55,249 nt of DNA, from the NCBI GenBank assembly GCA_943788985.1, contig CALSSJ010000041.1:1-55249 (forward strand), given 5' to 3'. Every line of letters starts with the position of its first letter. Position 1 is the first letter of the stretch. Below the pieces are notes generated by a model. The model was not told the DNA's origin. It worked only from the letters and a program-made list of their open reading frames with translations, and ran no database searches. The DNA comes from an uncultured Lentisphaerales bacterium (GTDB lineage Bacteria > Verrucomicrobiota > Lentisphaeria > JABSQK01 > UBA12247). The translations under genes were made by a program, and so were the position numbers. Below are positions 19,808-29,312 of the stretch, in pieces.

Positions 19808-21319
19808 TTACTGCTTGGATTTCTTCTCAGATTTCCAAAGGCGGATTGTTGCTACATCATTGCTGGTGGAAGGACCATCATTGCTGCGTCCCGCGTCCAC
19901 GTATGCAGTCAATTGCCTCAACAAACGCTCGGCGATCTCAGGATGCGTGTCGTACAGGTTCGTTTTTTCGCCCGGATCTGCTTCCATGTCGTAGAGCTGA
20001 GCCTTTGGCAGATTGCTCGTCTTGGCCTGCGCTTCACGTGGCGCGGTCCAGCCGCCGGATCCTCTTGCGAGCAGTAGTTTCCACTGGGTTTCGCGATACC
20101 CAAAGTGACCGGTAATGGAGTGATGAATAATGCCCTTGCGGTTGGTCTGTATCTTCTCGCCGAGCAGGGCAGGCAGGAAGCTGACGCTGTCTTCGGCGGC
20201 GTTGTCTGGAAGCGTTGCTCCGGCCAGCTCGGCACTGGTGGCGACAAAGTCAGTGAGGCAAATGATCGCATCGCTGGTCGAACCGGCCTTAACCTTTGCA
20301 GGCCAACGGACAATGAAGGGGACGCGATGCCCGCCATCCCACAGGTCAGCCTTTGAACCACGGAACTGCGCGCTGGGGAAATGCCCCTTCGCCTGAAGAC
20401 CTTCAATGTTAGCGGCCTTTGAGCAGCCATTGTCGCTGGAGACGATCACGACTGTATTCTCGGCTACGCCTGCATCATCAAGCGCCTGCAGGACCTGGCC
20501 TACGAATGCGTCGGTCTCCATCATGAAGTCGCCATAGGGCCCCATGTCACTTTTTCCCTGCCATCTCTTGGCAGGGACAATGGGGGTGTGCGGAGAAGGC
20601 AGGGCGATATAGGTAAAAAACGGCTGCGTGCCATCCTGGTTCTTAATGTAGGAGACAGACTTCTCGGCCAAATCATCAAGGACGTCAATCGCCTCAAGGT
20701 CGGCGTGAGCGGGGCCTTTGCGTCTGGGGTGAAACTCCTTAATGGTGGTGCACTCGCCCACGAACTTGTCATTCTCCACATAGATATAGGGTGGCATATC
20801 GAGAGAGGCGGTGATGCCAAAGTAGTAGTCAAAGCCGAGCGCACAGGGGCCGCCAGCTATGGTGCCTTTCCAGTCAACCTTCTGTTTCCCTTTCCCCTTG
20901 GGCAGGTTCATGCCAAGATGCCATTTCCCAATCATAGCTGTCTTGTAGCCTTGGCTCTTGAGTAGGCTTGCGACCGTCAGGCGGTTCGCTGGAATGAGCG
21001 CCGGACTGAATCCCCCCAGAACTCCGGCCTGCTTCTTGGAGCGCCAATTATAGCGACCGGTCAGTAAGCTGTAGCGTGACGGGGTACAGACGGAGGAGCT
21101 GGTATGGGCGTCGGTGAAAATCATGCCATCCGCAGCCAGCTGATCCAAGTGTGGAGTGGCGATCTTACCGCGCTCCGGATTGAGGCAGTGGACATCGCCA
21201 TAGCCTAGGTCATCGGCGAAGATGAATACGATATTGGGCGCCGTCCCTGCCAGAGCTGCGCCAGCGAGCAGTAGTGTTGCAAGTGCAGTGAGCAGGTACT
21301 TGAGGATGATGTTTTTCAT
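19808..21319 (-). CDS. Cys-type S1 sulfatase (arylsulfatase A-like)
   Basis: Signal peptide, then PNIVFIFADDLGYGD, CTPSRYSLLTGR, IGKWHLG, SDNG and DGGHRVPFIVRWP. Confidence 0.95.
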   Translation of the reverse strand: MKNIILKYLLTALATLLLAGAALAGTAPNIVFIFADDLGYGDVHCLNPERGKIATPHLDQLAADGMIFTDAHTSSSVCTPSRYSLLTGRYNWRSKKQAGVLGGFSPALIPANRLTVASLLKSQGYKTAMIGKWHLGMNLPKGKGKQKVDWKGTIAGGPCALGFDYYFGITASLDMPPYIYVENDKFVGECTTIKEFHPRRKGPAHADLEAIDVLDDLAEKSVSYIKNQDGTQPFFTYIALPSPHTPIVPAKRWQGKSDMGPYGDFMMETDAFVGQVLQALDDAGVAENTVVIVSSDNGCSKAANIEGLQAKGHFPSAQFRGSKADLWDGGHRVPFIVRWPAKVKAGSTSDAIICLTDFVATSAELAGATLPDNAAEDSVSFLPALLGEKIQTNRKGIIHHSITGHFGYRETQWKLLLARGSGGWTAPREAQAKTSNLPKAQLYDMEADPGEKTNLYDTHPEIAERLLRQLTAYVDAGRSNDGPSTSNDVATIRLWKSEKKSKQ

Positions 21320-21372
21320 GGGATTCAGGTTCTCTTTGGTGGTGAGGGAAGGGGGCTTGATTTTTCCGGTGT

Positions 21373-22727
21373 TTATAGGTCAGGGCGGGCGGAGTTAAGC
21401 TCACGTAGTAAGAAGGTTTTGAGCGCTGAAACCGGTTCTGGATACTGAGCGGCCAGCTTGTACCGCTCTTCATTGTCGTTCTTCAGATTGTAGAGCTGAA
21501 AGTCGTTCTTCTTACGATCAAGCTCAACAAGCTTCCGCCCGTCCTTGGCAATCAAGACAGTACGGCCCATGCGCGTGTTTCGATTATTGACCATGATGTA
21601 GTCGTGCGATTTTGGTTGAGTTTTTTTAGCAGCGACGGCAAGTAGGAAATGCTGTCTTTTCCCGGTGGCGTTTCTGTCCCAACCACTTCGGCGATTGTCA
21701 CCACGAAATCATAGTGACTGCTCAATATATCGCTTCGACTGCCAGGTTTAATCTTGCCAGGCAAGCACACAATCAATGGGCATTGGATTCCGCCTTGGTA
21801 GCCGGAACGTTTGAGCCCGGCTCGGCCGCCAGTGCCATCGAAGACAACCATGGTCTTTTCGTCGATCCCCTGGGCTGTCAGCTCCTTCATAATCAGGCCG
21901 ACGTGGTCATTGAGCATCTTGACCATCGAGCCGTATTTCTTCTCCACCAGTGACAGCGTCGGATGGTTCGCAAAGTCAGGGTGCAGCTTGGGAATCGCAA
22001 CCGGCCCATAGGGCAATTGCGTGGGATGATACAGGAAGAATGGCTCATCCTTGTGCGTTCGGATGAAGGAGAGGATTCCTTCAATGAACACGTTCTGGGA
22101 ACAGGTTTTGCCATCGGAACCAACGGGCTCATTGCCCTTCGCCGTCATCTTGGCACAGTGGGCCCGCAGGTTGCCTTCCAGCTCGAACTTCTCGCCATTG
22201 CGCCAGAGATAGGGTGGGTAGAAGCCGTGGCAGCGTGAGTGGCTGAAGTAGTCTTCATAGAAGTCCCAGCCAAAGCGCTTCACCCGTTCATGGTTGGTCA
22301 GGAAGCCCACGTCCAGCTTGCCAAATTGTGCCGTCCGGTAGCCTGCCTGCTGGGCTACTTGGGCCAGAAATACCTCGTGCTCTGGAATCGGCGTAGCGGT
22401 TTTTCGGACCTGCTCGGCAAAGCGTGTCATGTACGCTTCTTCTGGTACGTGTGCCTTACCCATTTCAATCAACAAGCCGGATCTGTTTTGTCCCCAGCCG
22501 CCCTGGCAACCATCATGCATCCCAGTCATCAGGGTCCAGCGAGCAGGCGCGCAGAAGAATCCGCCATGGTAGTTGGCAAACTGCATCCCCTCTGTAGCCA
22601 GGCGGTTGATATGCGGCGCTTTTAGCAGCTGTTGACCGTAACAGCCCAGCATGCCGATGCCCTCGGTATCCGCCAGGAGACCTGTGGAGAAGATTGTGAA
22701 GATAAGCAGCGTAATCAGTGATTTCAT
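21373..22727 (-). pseudogene. Sulfatase pseudogene with internal deletions and a frameshift
   Basis: CAPARWTLMTG and FGKL are present. The PN..I.ADD start and the SDNG segment are missing. The C-terminal part (21373..21594) is in another frame. Confidence 0.8.
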
Positions 22728-22757
22728 GGCTTGAGTCTTGGCTAGCTCGTCATTGGC

Positions 22758-25304
22758 TCATTGACCAGGCCAGATCTTCGCCTGACCCTTCTTCAGCGAG
22801 ATCACATCACTGAGACTTGCAGCTGCATAGAGGCGGAAAGAGCCGTCTCTGTTTGCGCGGATTGTGGCTTGCGTGAGCGTGCCGCTCTGCCACGAAAGAT
22901 CGACCTCAAAGCCGCCGCGCGCGCGCAGGCCGTTGATTCGGCCACTGGGCCAAGCGGAGGGGAGAGCAGGGAGCAGGTGCAGGATGTAGGGCGCTTCGGC
23001 CAGGCTCTCGTCCGGTACCACAGGCAGGAAGTTCTTTGGTGCCTTCGGATCGCTCTTATAGGCGACAAAAGCGGCCTCTTCGATCGTCTTGGCATCGGGA
23101 TTAGCACTGCGCAGATGGCTCTGCAGCAGCATCTCGCAGACGCCCGCGACCCCACCAAAATTGCCGTCGATCTGAAAGGGGGGATGAAAGTCAAACAGAT
23201 TGGGATAGGCCCGCTTGGCGGTAAGAAAGCGGTAGATCTTGTGGGCTCGATCGCCGTTGTGTAGTCGTGACCAGAAACAGGTTTTCCAGCCTGTGCTCCA
23301 ACCGGTCGATTGATCCCCGCGGTGCGCCATTGTCACTAACGCGGCCGCAGTCAGCTCCTTGGTGGTGAGCGGCGAGATATCGCGGCCTGGGTGCAAGGCG
23401 ATCAGATGGGAGATATGACGATGCTTGTCCTTGGGGCTGTCCCAGTCCTCCGGCCATTCTTGAAGCTGGCCATGCTGTCCAATCTTCTGCGGGCACAGCT
23501 TGGGAATCAGCTCCTGCAAGACCTGACGAAAGGCGTCATCGCGCCCCAGTACCGTCGAGGCCTCAATGCAGTCTGTGAACAGATTTAGCACAAGCTGCTG
23601 ATCCCAGGCTGCACCATAGGCTTGCTTGTTTAGCTTACCATATTGGCCGGGGAGGTAGGTATTCTCGGGGGACCACGTGGGATAGACCACGAGGGTGCCA
23701 TCCTTCCACGGTGCCAGAAACTCGACAAAGAACTCAGCTGCACCTTTTAGGATTGGGTAGATCTCCTCGAGATAGACGCGGTCTTGGCTGTAGGCGTAGT
23801 GGTCAAAGAGATTCTGAGCCAGCCAATGCCCGGCCTGCTGATTACGGCGCCCGTGGACATTTTGGGCAGTGAAACCAAAGACATTGCCGTTTAACCCGAC
23901 GCTCCAGCCCTTGTCGATGCCGAAGGTCTCCCGGGCAACGTGGCTACCGGATTTGGCAAGGATCTTCAGCCACTCGACAAACGGCCTGAACGATTCGGGC
24001 AGGTTGGCAGGATTCACCATCCAGTAGTTCATCTGCACGTTGATGTCGGTGTGGTAGTCACAATTCCACGCAGGCTTGAGCTGCGAATTCCACAGACCTT
24101 GGAGGTTTGAAGGAACTGGGGCGCCGCGGGAGCAGCTCAGCTGCAGGTAGCGACCATAGTGAAAGTAGAGGTTGTCTAGTTCCAAGCTGCCGTTACCGGC
24201 CACCAGCTTGTCGGTGGTCACGGCCGAGGGAGTAAAGTCCAACTGTAGGCGACAGCGATCCATCAGTGTCGAAAAGTCTGTTACGTGGATTTCCTTTAAG
24301 GCGGCGTAGCCAAGCGCCCTTGCCCTCTCAATGGTCGTCTTGCAATCGGCTTGGAAGTCGCGTCCTTTGAACGCCGGATAGACAGGCAGGTAGTCGGTAT
24401 AGCCCGTCAGGATGATACTCACACTGGTAGCGTCTGTGACTTTGACCGAGCCATCTGGCTGAGGTGCGAGTGTGCCGTCGTCAGTAGCGATCTGCACCAG
24501 CTGCATAAACTCGATGTTATCCTGGACCATCTTGACCTCGCCGCTGAGGATGATCTGATTTCCAGTAGCTCTCGACTGAGTCACCTTGTGCTGTGTGGTG
24601 GCTTTGATTGTGAGGTTGAGCGTGGCGTTCTTCGCGGTATAGCGCGCTGCGACTAGGTCATTGGGATAGCTACAGAAATACTCACGGGTAAAGATCCCGT
24701 CGCCAATCGAATAACGGACCGTGCCGAGCCCGGTGCGTGCATCCAGCGCCCGGCGATACTCGGTCGCCGCTTTCGGATCGTGCCCAGTGGAGATCAATAG
24801 ATTGGTGAAGGGGGCGTAGTTACCGAGTGGTTCTTTGGTGCTTAGGAACTTAGTCGCCAGGCTTTCCATGCTGTCGTTCTTGGTGCCGTACTTGCCCTGA
24901 CGATAGGCCTCGCGGACCGTATCGAGGTGGGCAGCGGCGCCCTTCGGCGTGCCAGACTGGTCGACCTCATTGAGCCCGCGTTTCGCATTCATCCACAGCG
25001 TGATCTCATTTAGCAGCAGATTCTCTTGATCGATTCCTCCTGAGAACATCGCGCCCAGTCGGCCATTGCCGAGGGGGAGCGCAGTCTGGATATAGCCAAT
25101 TCCTTTCGCGGCTTTGCCCTTCGCCCCCAAGTTGTCTTTGGCCGGTTTGTCGTAGCGCAAGACAGAGTGTTCATTGGCACCAGCCAAAGCTACAGATAGC
25201 AATAAGGCTCCGAGCACTATTCTTATCCGATGGCCGCTCAAAACTGAGGGGAGGTGGCTCTGGGAAGGGCCCTGCCAAGCAAGATCTTGTTGTAGGCTAG
25301 ACAT
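22758..25304 (-). CDS. Glycoside hydrolase family 95 (alpha-L-fucosidase-like)
   Basis: Motifs ALPLGNGRLGAM, YGRYL..SCSR, NLQGLWN, W..DYHTDINVQMNYW, HRHISHL, PFQIDGNFG, EMLLQSH and LLPALPSAWP.G.I.GLRARGG. Confidence 0.93.
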   Translation of the reverse strand: MSSLQQDLAWQGPSQSHLPSVLSGHRIRIVLGALLLSVALAGANEHSVLRYDKPAKDNLGAKGKAAKGIGYIQTALPLGNGRLGAMFSGGIDQENLLLNEITLWMNAKRGLNEVDQSGTPKGAAAHLDTVREAYRQGKYGTKNDSMESLATKFLSTKEPLGNYAPFTNLLISTGHDPKAATEYRRALDARTGLGTVRYSIGDGIFTREYFCSYPNDLVAARYTAKNATLNLTIKATTQHKVTQSRATGNQIILSGEVKMVQDNIEFMQLVQIATDDGTLAPQPDGSVKVTDATSVSIILTGYTDYLPVYPAFKGRDFQADCKTTIERARALGYAALKEIHVTDFSTLMDRCRLQLDFTPSAVTTDKLVAGNGSLELDNLYFHYGRYLQLSCSRGAPVPSNLQGLWNSQLKPAWNCDYHTDINVQMNYWMVNPANLPESFRPFVEWLKILAKSGSHVARETFGIDKGWSVGLNGNVFGFTAQNVHGRRNQQAGHWLAQNLFDHYAYSQDRVYLEEIYPILKGAAEFFVEFLAPWKDGTLVVYPTWSPENTYLPGQYGKLNKQAYGAAWDQQLVLNLFTDCIEASTVLGRDDAFRQVLQELIPKLCPQKIGQHGQLQEWPEDWDSPKDKHRHISHLIALHPGRDISPLTTKELTAAALVTMAHRGDQSTGWSTGWKTCFWSRLHNGDRAHKIYRFLTAKRAYPNLFDFHPPFQIDGNFGGVAGVCEMLLQSHLRSANPDAKTIEEAAFVAYKSDPKAPKNFLPVVPDESLAEAPYILHLLPALPSAWPSGRINGLRARGGFEVDLSWQSGTLTQATIRANRDGSFRLYAAASLSDVISLKKGQAKIWPGQ

Positions 25305-25650
25305 CTCGGGGCCTTCTCGCTGTCAATTGGGTGACTCAATCACGACATCAGCAAGAGTACGATCTCCGTCTGGTGCCGCAACGTGTTCAACGTCAATTCA
25401 TGGGGACGCGTGGCTCGAGCAAGTCTCGCTTCTTCTCCTCGAGTTGCTTCGCTGCCCCTATATTCATAAAACAGCACCGTGAATATTTTTCCTGAAACAA
25501 GGCTCGGGTTAATCAATCCTCTCCAAGCTGACGCCGTAGTTTTTGAGCTTGCTCGTCATACATCTGCGCTGTGGCCTGGCGGCTGAGGCGGCAGTCGAGC
25601 TTTCTCGATATATGTGGAGGGCCTCTGGCCGGGGCCAGTCAGGGCAATCA

Positions 25651-26060
25651 TTATACAATTAGACTCTCCAGCTCCGCAACGATCTTGCCGAAGGCCGACG
25701 CCGGTGTCGTGTCGATCTCAGCCGCACAGACCGTCTGTGGTGTGAAACCGCGCTGACGCCAGTACCCATTTCTGCGCCAATCTCTCGCAGTGTCCGACGA
25801 CTGCTGCAAAAGCGGCAAGACAGTAGACAAGCATCCGCCAAACGTCTCGAGTACGGCATCAGGTGTCTTTGTCGGCATCTGGCTGTCACGGATGGGACAG
25901 TGACATTGATACTGAGCCGGCGTTCATCCTCTCCATACCAGCACTCTTCGGTTCGGAAAATGGGACAACCGCTTTCAGATGAGAGTGCCCCTCCTGGTAG
26001 CTTCTTTTCGGCTGGTTTCTCCGACGACCACCCGCGTCTATCTACCGATATTCGTCCGTA
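25651..26060 (-). pseudogene. Possible remnant of a REP-associated/Y1 transposase C-terminal HTH
   Basis: 'LLSCRFC...TLREIGAEMGTGVSAVSH' resembles the DnaA-C-like HTH tail of RAYT-type transposases. The frames are broken and no HUH motif was seen. Confidence 0.3.
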
Positions 26061-26381
26061 CAACGAGGCTGCGGTCTGGTACCTCTGCCTAGTAGACGTC
26101 AGCGATCATCCGACGGAGGTCAAGATAGAATGGGCCCCGAAAACACCCTTGTTTCCGAGATAGGCCTCCGCTGGGGGCTGTTGATTTCTGTTTTGTTTTT
26201 GGAAGAGCGACTCACGACTCACGAGTCCAAAATCTTAAAACCAAATTAATCTAACAGAAGGGTGGAACCTGATTGGCCCGCACCGCGAGCATGGAGAAGG
26301 CTACTGGCTGAGCAGTCACCGCCCGCAAACCATTGAACTCCGAGAGAAGGGGGCGAGTCGGGCGCTTGCAGCCTGGCACTC

Positions 26382-27068
26382 TCAGACGGCGTCCCGAATT
26401 CCTGCGATGGCCGCAGTGGGGCCGTCGGGGTGGCCAAAGACGCTGCTGCCTGCGACGAGGACCGTGGCCCCAGCCTCAGTTGCTACAGGAGCGGTTCTGG
26501 CATCAATGCCGCCGTCTACCTGAATCGGAATCGACAGCCCGCGGCGAGACAGCTCTGCCGAGATTACCCGAATAGCAGGCATCGACTCTGCCATGAAGGA
26601 CTGCCCGCCAAATCCCGGCTCTACCGTCATCACCAGAATCAGCTCAAGCTGATCCAGAAACGGGAAAATGGTTTCCGGCGCAGTGGCAGGCTTGATCGAA
26701 AGCCCTGCGCTCAGACCAGCGTCATGAATCACCTGGATGGTTTCCCCAACGTCGCTATCCGCTTCGACATGGATAGTGATGTGGTCCGCCCCGGCCTTTA
26801 CGTAGTCCGCAATGTAGCGTCCAGGATCAGTCATCATCAAATGAACATCAAGAAAGGCATCGGTGTAGGCGCGTACACTGGCCAAGACTGGCGGTCCCAT
26901 CGAAAGATTGGGGACAAAGTGCGCATCCATCACATCTACGTGCAGGAGGTCTGCACCGGCTGCCAGAACGGCATCGATATCTGCGCCCAAACGGCAGAAA
27001 TCGGCGGCCAGCAATGACGGTGCAATCAAGAGGCGGGTATCGCCCGCAAACGGGTTCAATCGTCCCAT
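26382..27068 (-). CDS. rpe: Ribulose-phosphate 3-epimerase
   Basis: Motifs IAPSLLAADF, LHVDVMDAHFVPNLSMG, DVHLM, MTVEPGFGGQSF, VDGGI and LVAGSSVF. Confidence 0.96.
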   Translation of the reverse strand: MGRLNPFAGDTRLLIAPSLLAADFCRLGADIDAVLAAGADLLHVDVMDAHFVPNLSMGPPVLASVRAYTDAFLDVHLMMTDPGRYIADYVKAGADHITIHVEADSDVGETIQVIHDAGLSAGLSIKPATAPETIFPFLDQLELILVMTVEPGFGGQSFMAESMPAIRVISAELSRRGLSIPIQVDGGIDARTAPVATEAGATVLVAGSSVFGHPDGPTAAIAGIRDAV

Positions 27069-27619
27069 GAGTTGACGTTATCGTCGTTGTCGTCGTCATT
27101 GAGGCGATTATCGATCGCGCTATCGAGCCCGTCCTTGCCCTTAGACCAGATAATTACGTCACGATCGATGTCGTCTTCGTCTTCGTCGTAGGGGGCGTCG
27201 TCGTCGTAATAGCCATAGATCACTGCTCCGTCAACTTTCCCGTCGTAGTCCAAGTCCAGAGCCACCTGGTAGCTTCCTTCCCAACCATCCACGTATGTAT
27301 CGTCGTCTGCGCTGAGCATCGGTAGTGCGCGAGGATTCAGGTCGACGTCGGCTGCACGCAGGCACTTGATCAGATCTTCGTACTCGCCAGAGTTCAGTCG
27401 CTTATCCACAGTCGAAATCAACGTGAAGGGGTAGTAGGAGTAGGTGCTGCGATACTGCTCGATCGCCATCTGTAAAGCGCTCATTCTTGCCTTGGTCTGA
27501 ACGATACGTGCCTTTTCGCTTACCTTGAGAAAACCACCAGCGGCAAGTCCAGCTAAAACGGCGATGATGGTAATCACGGTAAGTAACTCAACCAGAGTAA
27601 AACGACGCGTTTTCATCAT
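27056..27619 (-). CDS. Type II secretion/type IV pilin-like protein with prepilin N-methylation motif
   Basis: Motifs RR|FTLVELLTVITIIAVLAGL, 'ALQMAIEQY...Y..YP', 'D.W...Y' and 'WS.G.DG', with an acidic C-terminus. Confidence 0.9.
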   Translation of the reverse strand: MMKTRRFTLVELLTVITIIAVLAGLAAGGFLKVSEKARIVQTKARMSALQMAIEQYRSTYSYYPFTLISTVDKRLNSGEYEDLIKCLRAADVDLNPRALPMLSADDDTYVDGWEGSYQVALDLDYDGKVDGAVIYGYYDDDAPYDEDEDDIDRDVIIWSKGKDGLDSAIDNRLNDDDNDDNVNSWDD

Positions 27620-27737
27620 TGCCTCATGTTCTGACGGGAAGGAATATCCGGTTACTATCAGTTATACGCTGGCCTTGTCAAGGGATCCAGCTCATCCGGT
27701 AGGCCTTACGACCGTGTTCTGCCCGCGGTTCTAATCA

Positions 27738-29312
27738 TTAACGCGCCTTCATCACGCCAGCAGGGACGAAATCCTCGCGCCCCACCCACAAGAACTGATC
27801 GATCATCACGCCATCCTCAAGATTGCGGATCAGGAGTTCAGCGCTGGAGACAGGTACGGAAATCATTCTGGGTGCCCGCACCCAGTGCCAGAGTCCGTAA
27901 CGACTATCAGAAACGATCATCGATGATTCCCCCACGACTACGCCCACAGAGTTGCCACAGCCGTCCTCCCAGAACACCCGCAGCCAGAGATGGTAGGTGC
28001 CCGGTGGAATCTGCACAGAGTACCGCGCTGTGCCCTTGCCTTTCCCAGCGTCCACGGGAATCGCCAGGACGTGATTCCCAGAGGCGCCGTTCGCCTCGCG
28101 GACGTCCATCCCCTCACTTGGCGGTTCAGCTGGATGTTCGGCTTCAAATACATGGCAGCGAATCTCCTCGACTGCTGACTGCAAAATGCGCGGTTTTACG
28201 GGCTGTCCCCGCGCCTCTGGATTGCGGAGCAGACCGCCCACGCAGCCAGTAAGAATCAAGGCGGCTGGCCCCCAGAGCGGGCGCCACCCAGCCTGCGGCC
28301 ACTTTCCCCGCCATACTCCCAACGCGGCAGCGACGACGAGCCCCGTGTGGCTGGTAATGACGGTCGTAAATAATCCGGCAATCAGGATCACCACGCCAAA
28401 CACACGCTCGTGGTCCTGCTTTCCCTTTCCAAGAATGCTCCCGCCGACTAGCAGGAGCCAGGCGAGCGCCAGCGGAATCCCTCCCTCGACCGCCCAGACC
28501 AGATAGGTACTGTTTGTATCCGGCGCCACTCGATTATCGTAGTGGGCGGGGAATGAGCGGTGATAGTTGCCGATCGTGTTTTTGTACGATCCCAGGCCAA
28601 ATCCCAGTGACCGCGCCGAAATTGCGCCTGGTGTGGCCTGCATCTCCAGCAAGCCGCGCTTGGGCTGACCATCCGCGTGATGAAGACGGAGGGACTCCAC
28701 CGCCGCACGATTGAGCAGCACTGCCAGCAGCGCGACCGCAAAAATTGCGCACGCTTGTGGCAGCCGGCTGCGGCGCCGCGTGATCGCGGCTGCGCCAGCG
28801 GCCCCAAGAAGAATCAAAGGGCCGTTGTCGATCGCTGTTCCGCAGACTGCTGCCACGGGCACCACTCCCCAAAGTGCCCACCGAGGGGCAGTCGCAGCCA
28901 GCGCCACGAGCCCCACCGCAGCAACCAAACCGAGCCGAGCCGGACTTGCGAAGTTCGCAAAACCCAGCCCCGCTGCCACAGGTGCCAAGGCGGCCAGCAG
29001 AAACCCCAGCCAGCGTTTGTCCTCGGGAGCCAACGCGCCACACACGATCCAGCCCACTCCGATCACCAACAATAACTGCGCAGCCTCGCGGAAGCCCGCT
29101 CCGCCCGTCGGTGGGGCCGCGAGGCAAACGGCTGCGCAAAACAACGCCCACGTCCAAGGCGGCTTGGGCGGTTGCGAAGGATTCCCGCAGAGGATCAGCC
29201 CCCCGGCCAGACAGACCAGAACGGTCGATACCGGAATGCCGTGCCAATTCACCGCCAGAAGGTCGAGCAGAATCGCCGCCGCGATCGCCAGGGCAGCTAT
29301 TCGCCGCGCCAT
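27738..29312 (-). CDS. O-antigen-ligase-like (Wzy_C) membrane protein with C-terminal carbohydrate-binding-type beta domain
   Basis: Many TM segments and LGFGLGSY...NSTYLVWAVEGG. The C-terminal VFEAE...G.Y.LWLRV...W.W..IDQF resembles a jelly-roll module. Confidence 0.55.
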   Translation of the reverse strand: MARRIAALAIAAAILLDLLAVNWHGIPVSTVLVCLAGGLILCGNPSQPPKPPWTWALFCAAVCLAAPPTGGAGFREAAQLLLVIGVGWIVCGALAPEDKRWLGFLLAALAPVAAGLGFANFASPARLGLVAAVGLVALAATAPRWALWGVVPVAAVCGTAIDNGPLILLGAAGAAAITRRRSRLPQACAIFAVALLAVLLNRAAVESLRLHHADGQPKRGLLEMQATPGAISARSLGFGLGSYKNTIGNYHRSFPAHYDNRVAPDTNSTYLVWAVEGGIPLALAWLLLVGGSILGKGKQDHERVFGVVILIAGLFTTVITSHTGLVVAAALGVWRGKWPQAGWRPLWGPAALILTGCVGGLLRNPEARGQPVKPRILQSAVEEIRCHVFEAEHPAEPPSEGMDVREANGASGNHVLAIPVDAGKGKGTARYSVQIPPGTYHLWLRVFWEDGCGNSVGVVVGESSMIVSDSRYGLWHWVRAPRMISVPVSSAELLIRNLEDGVMIDQFLWVGREDFVPAGVMKAR

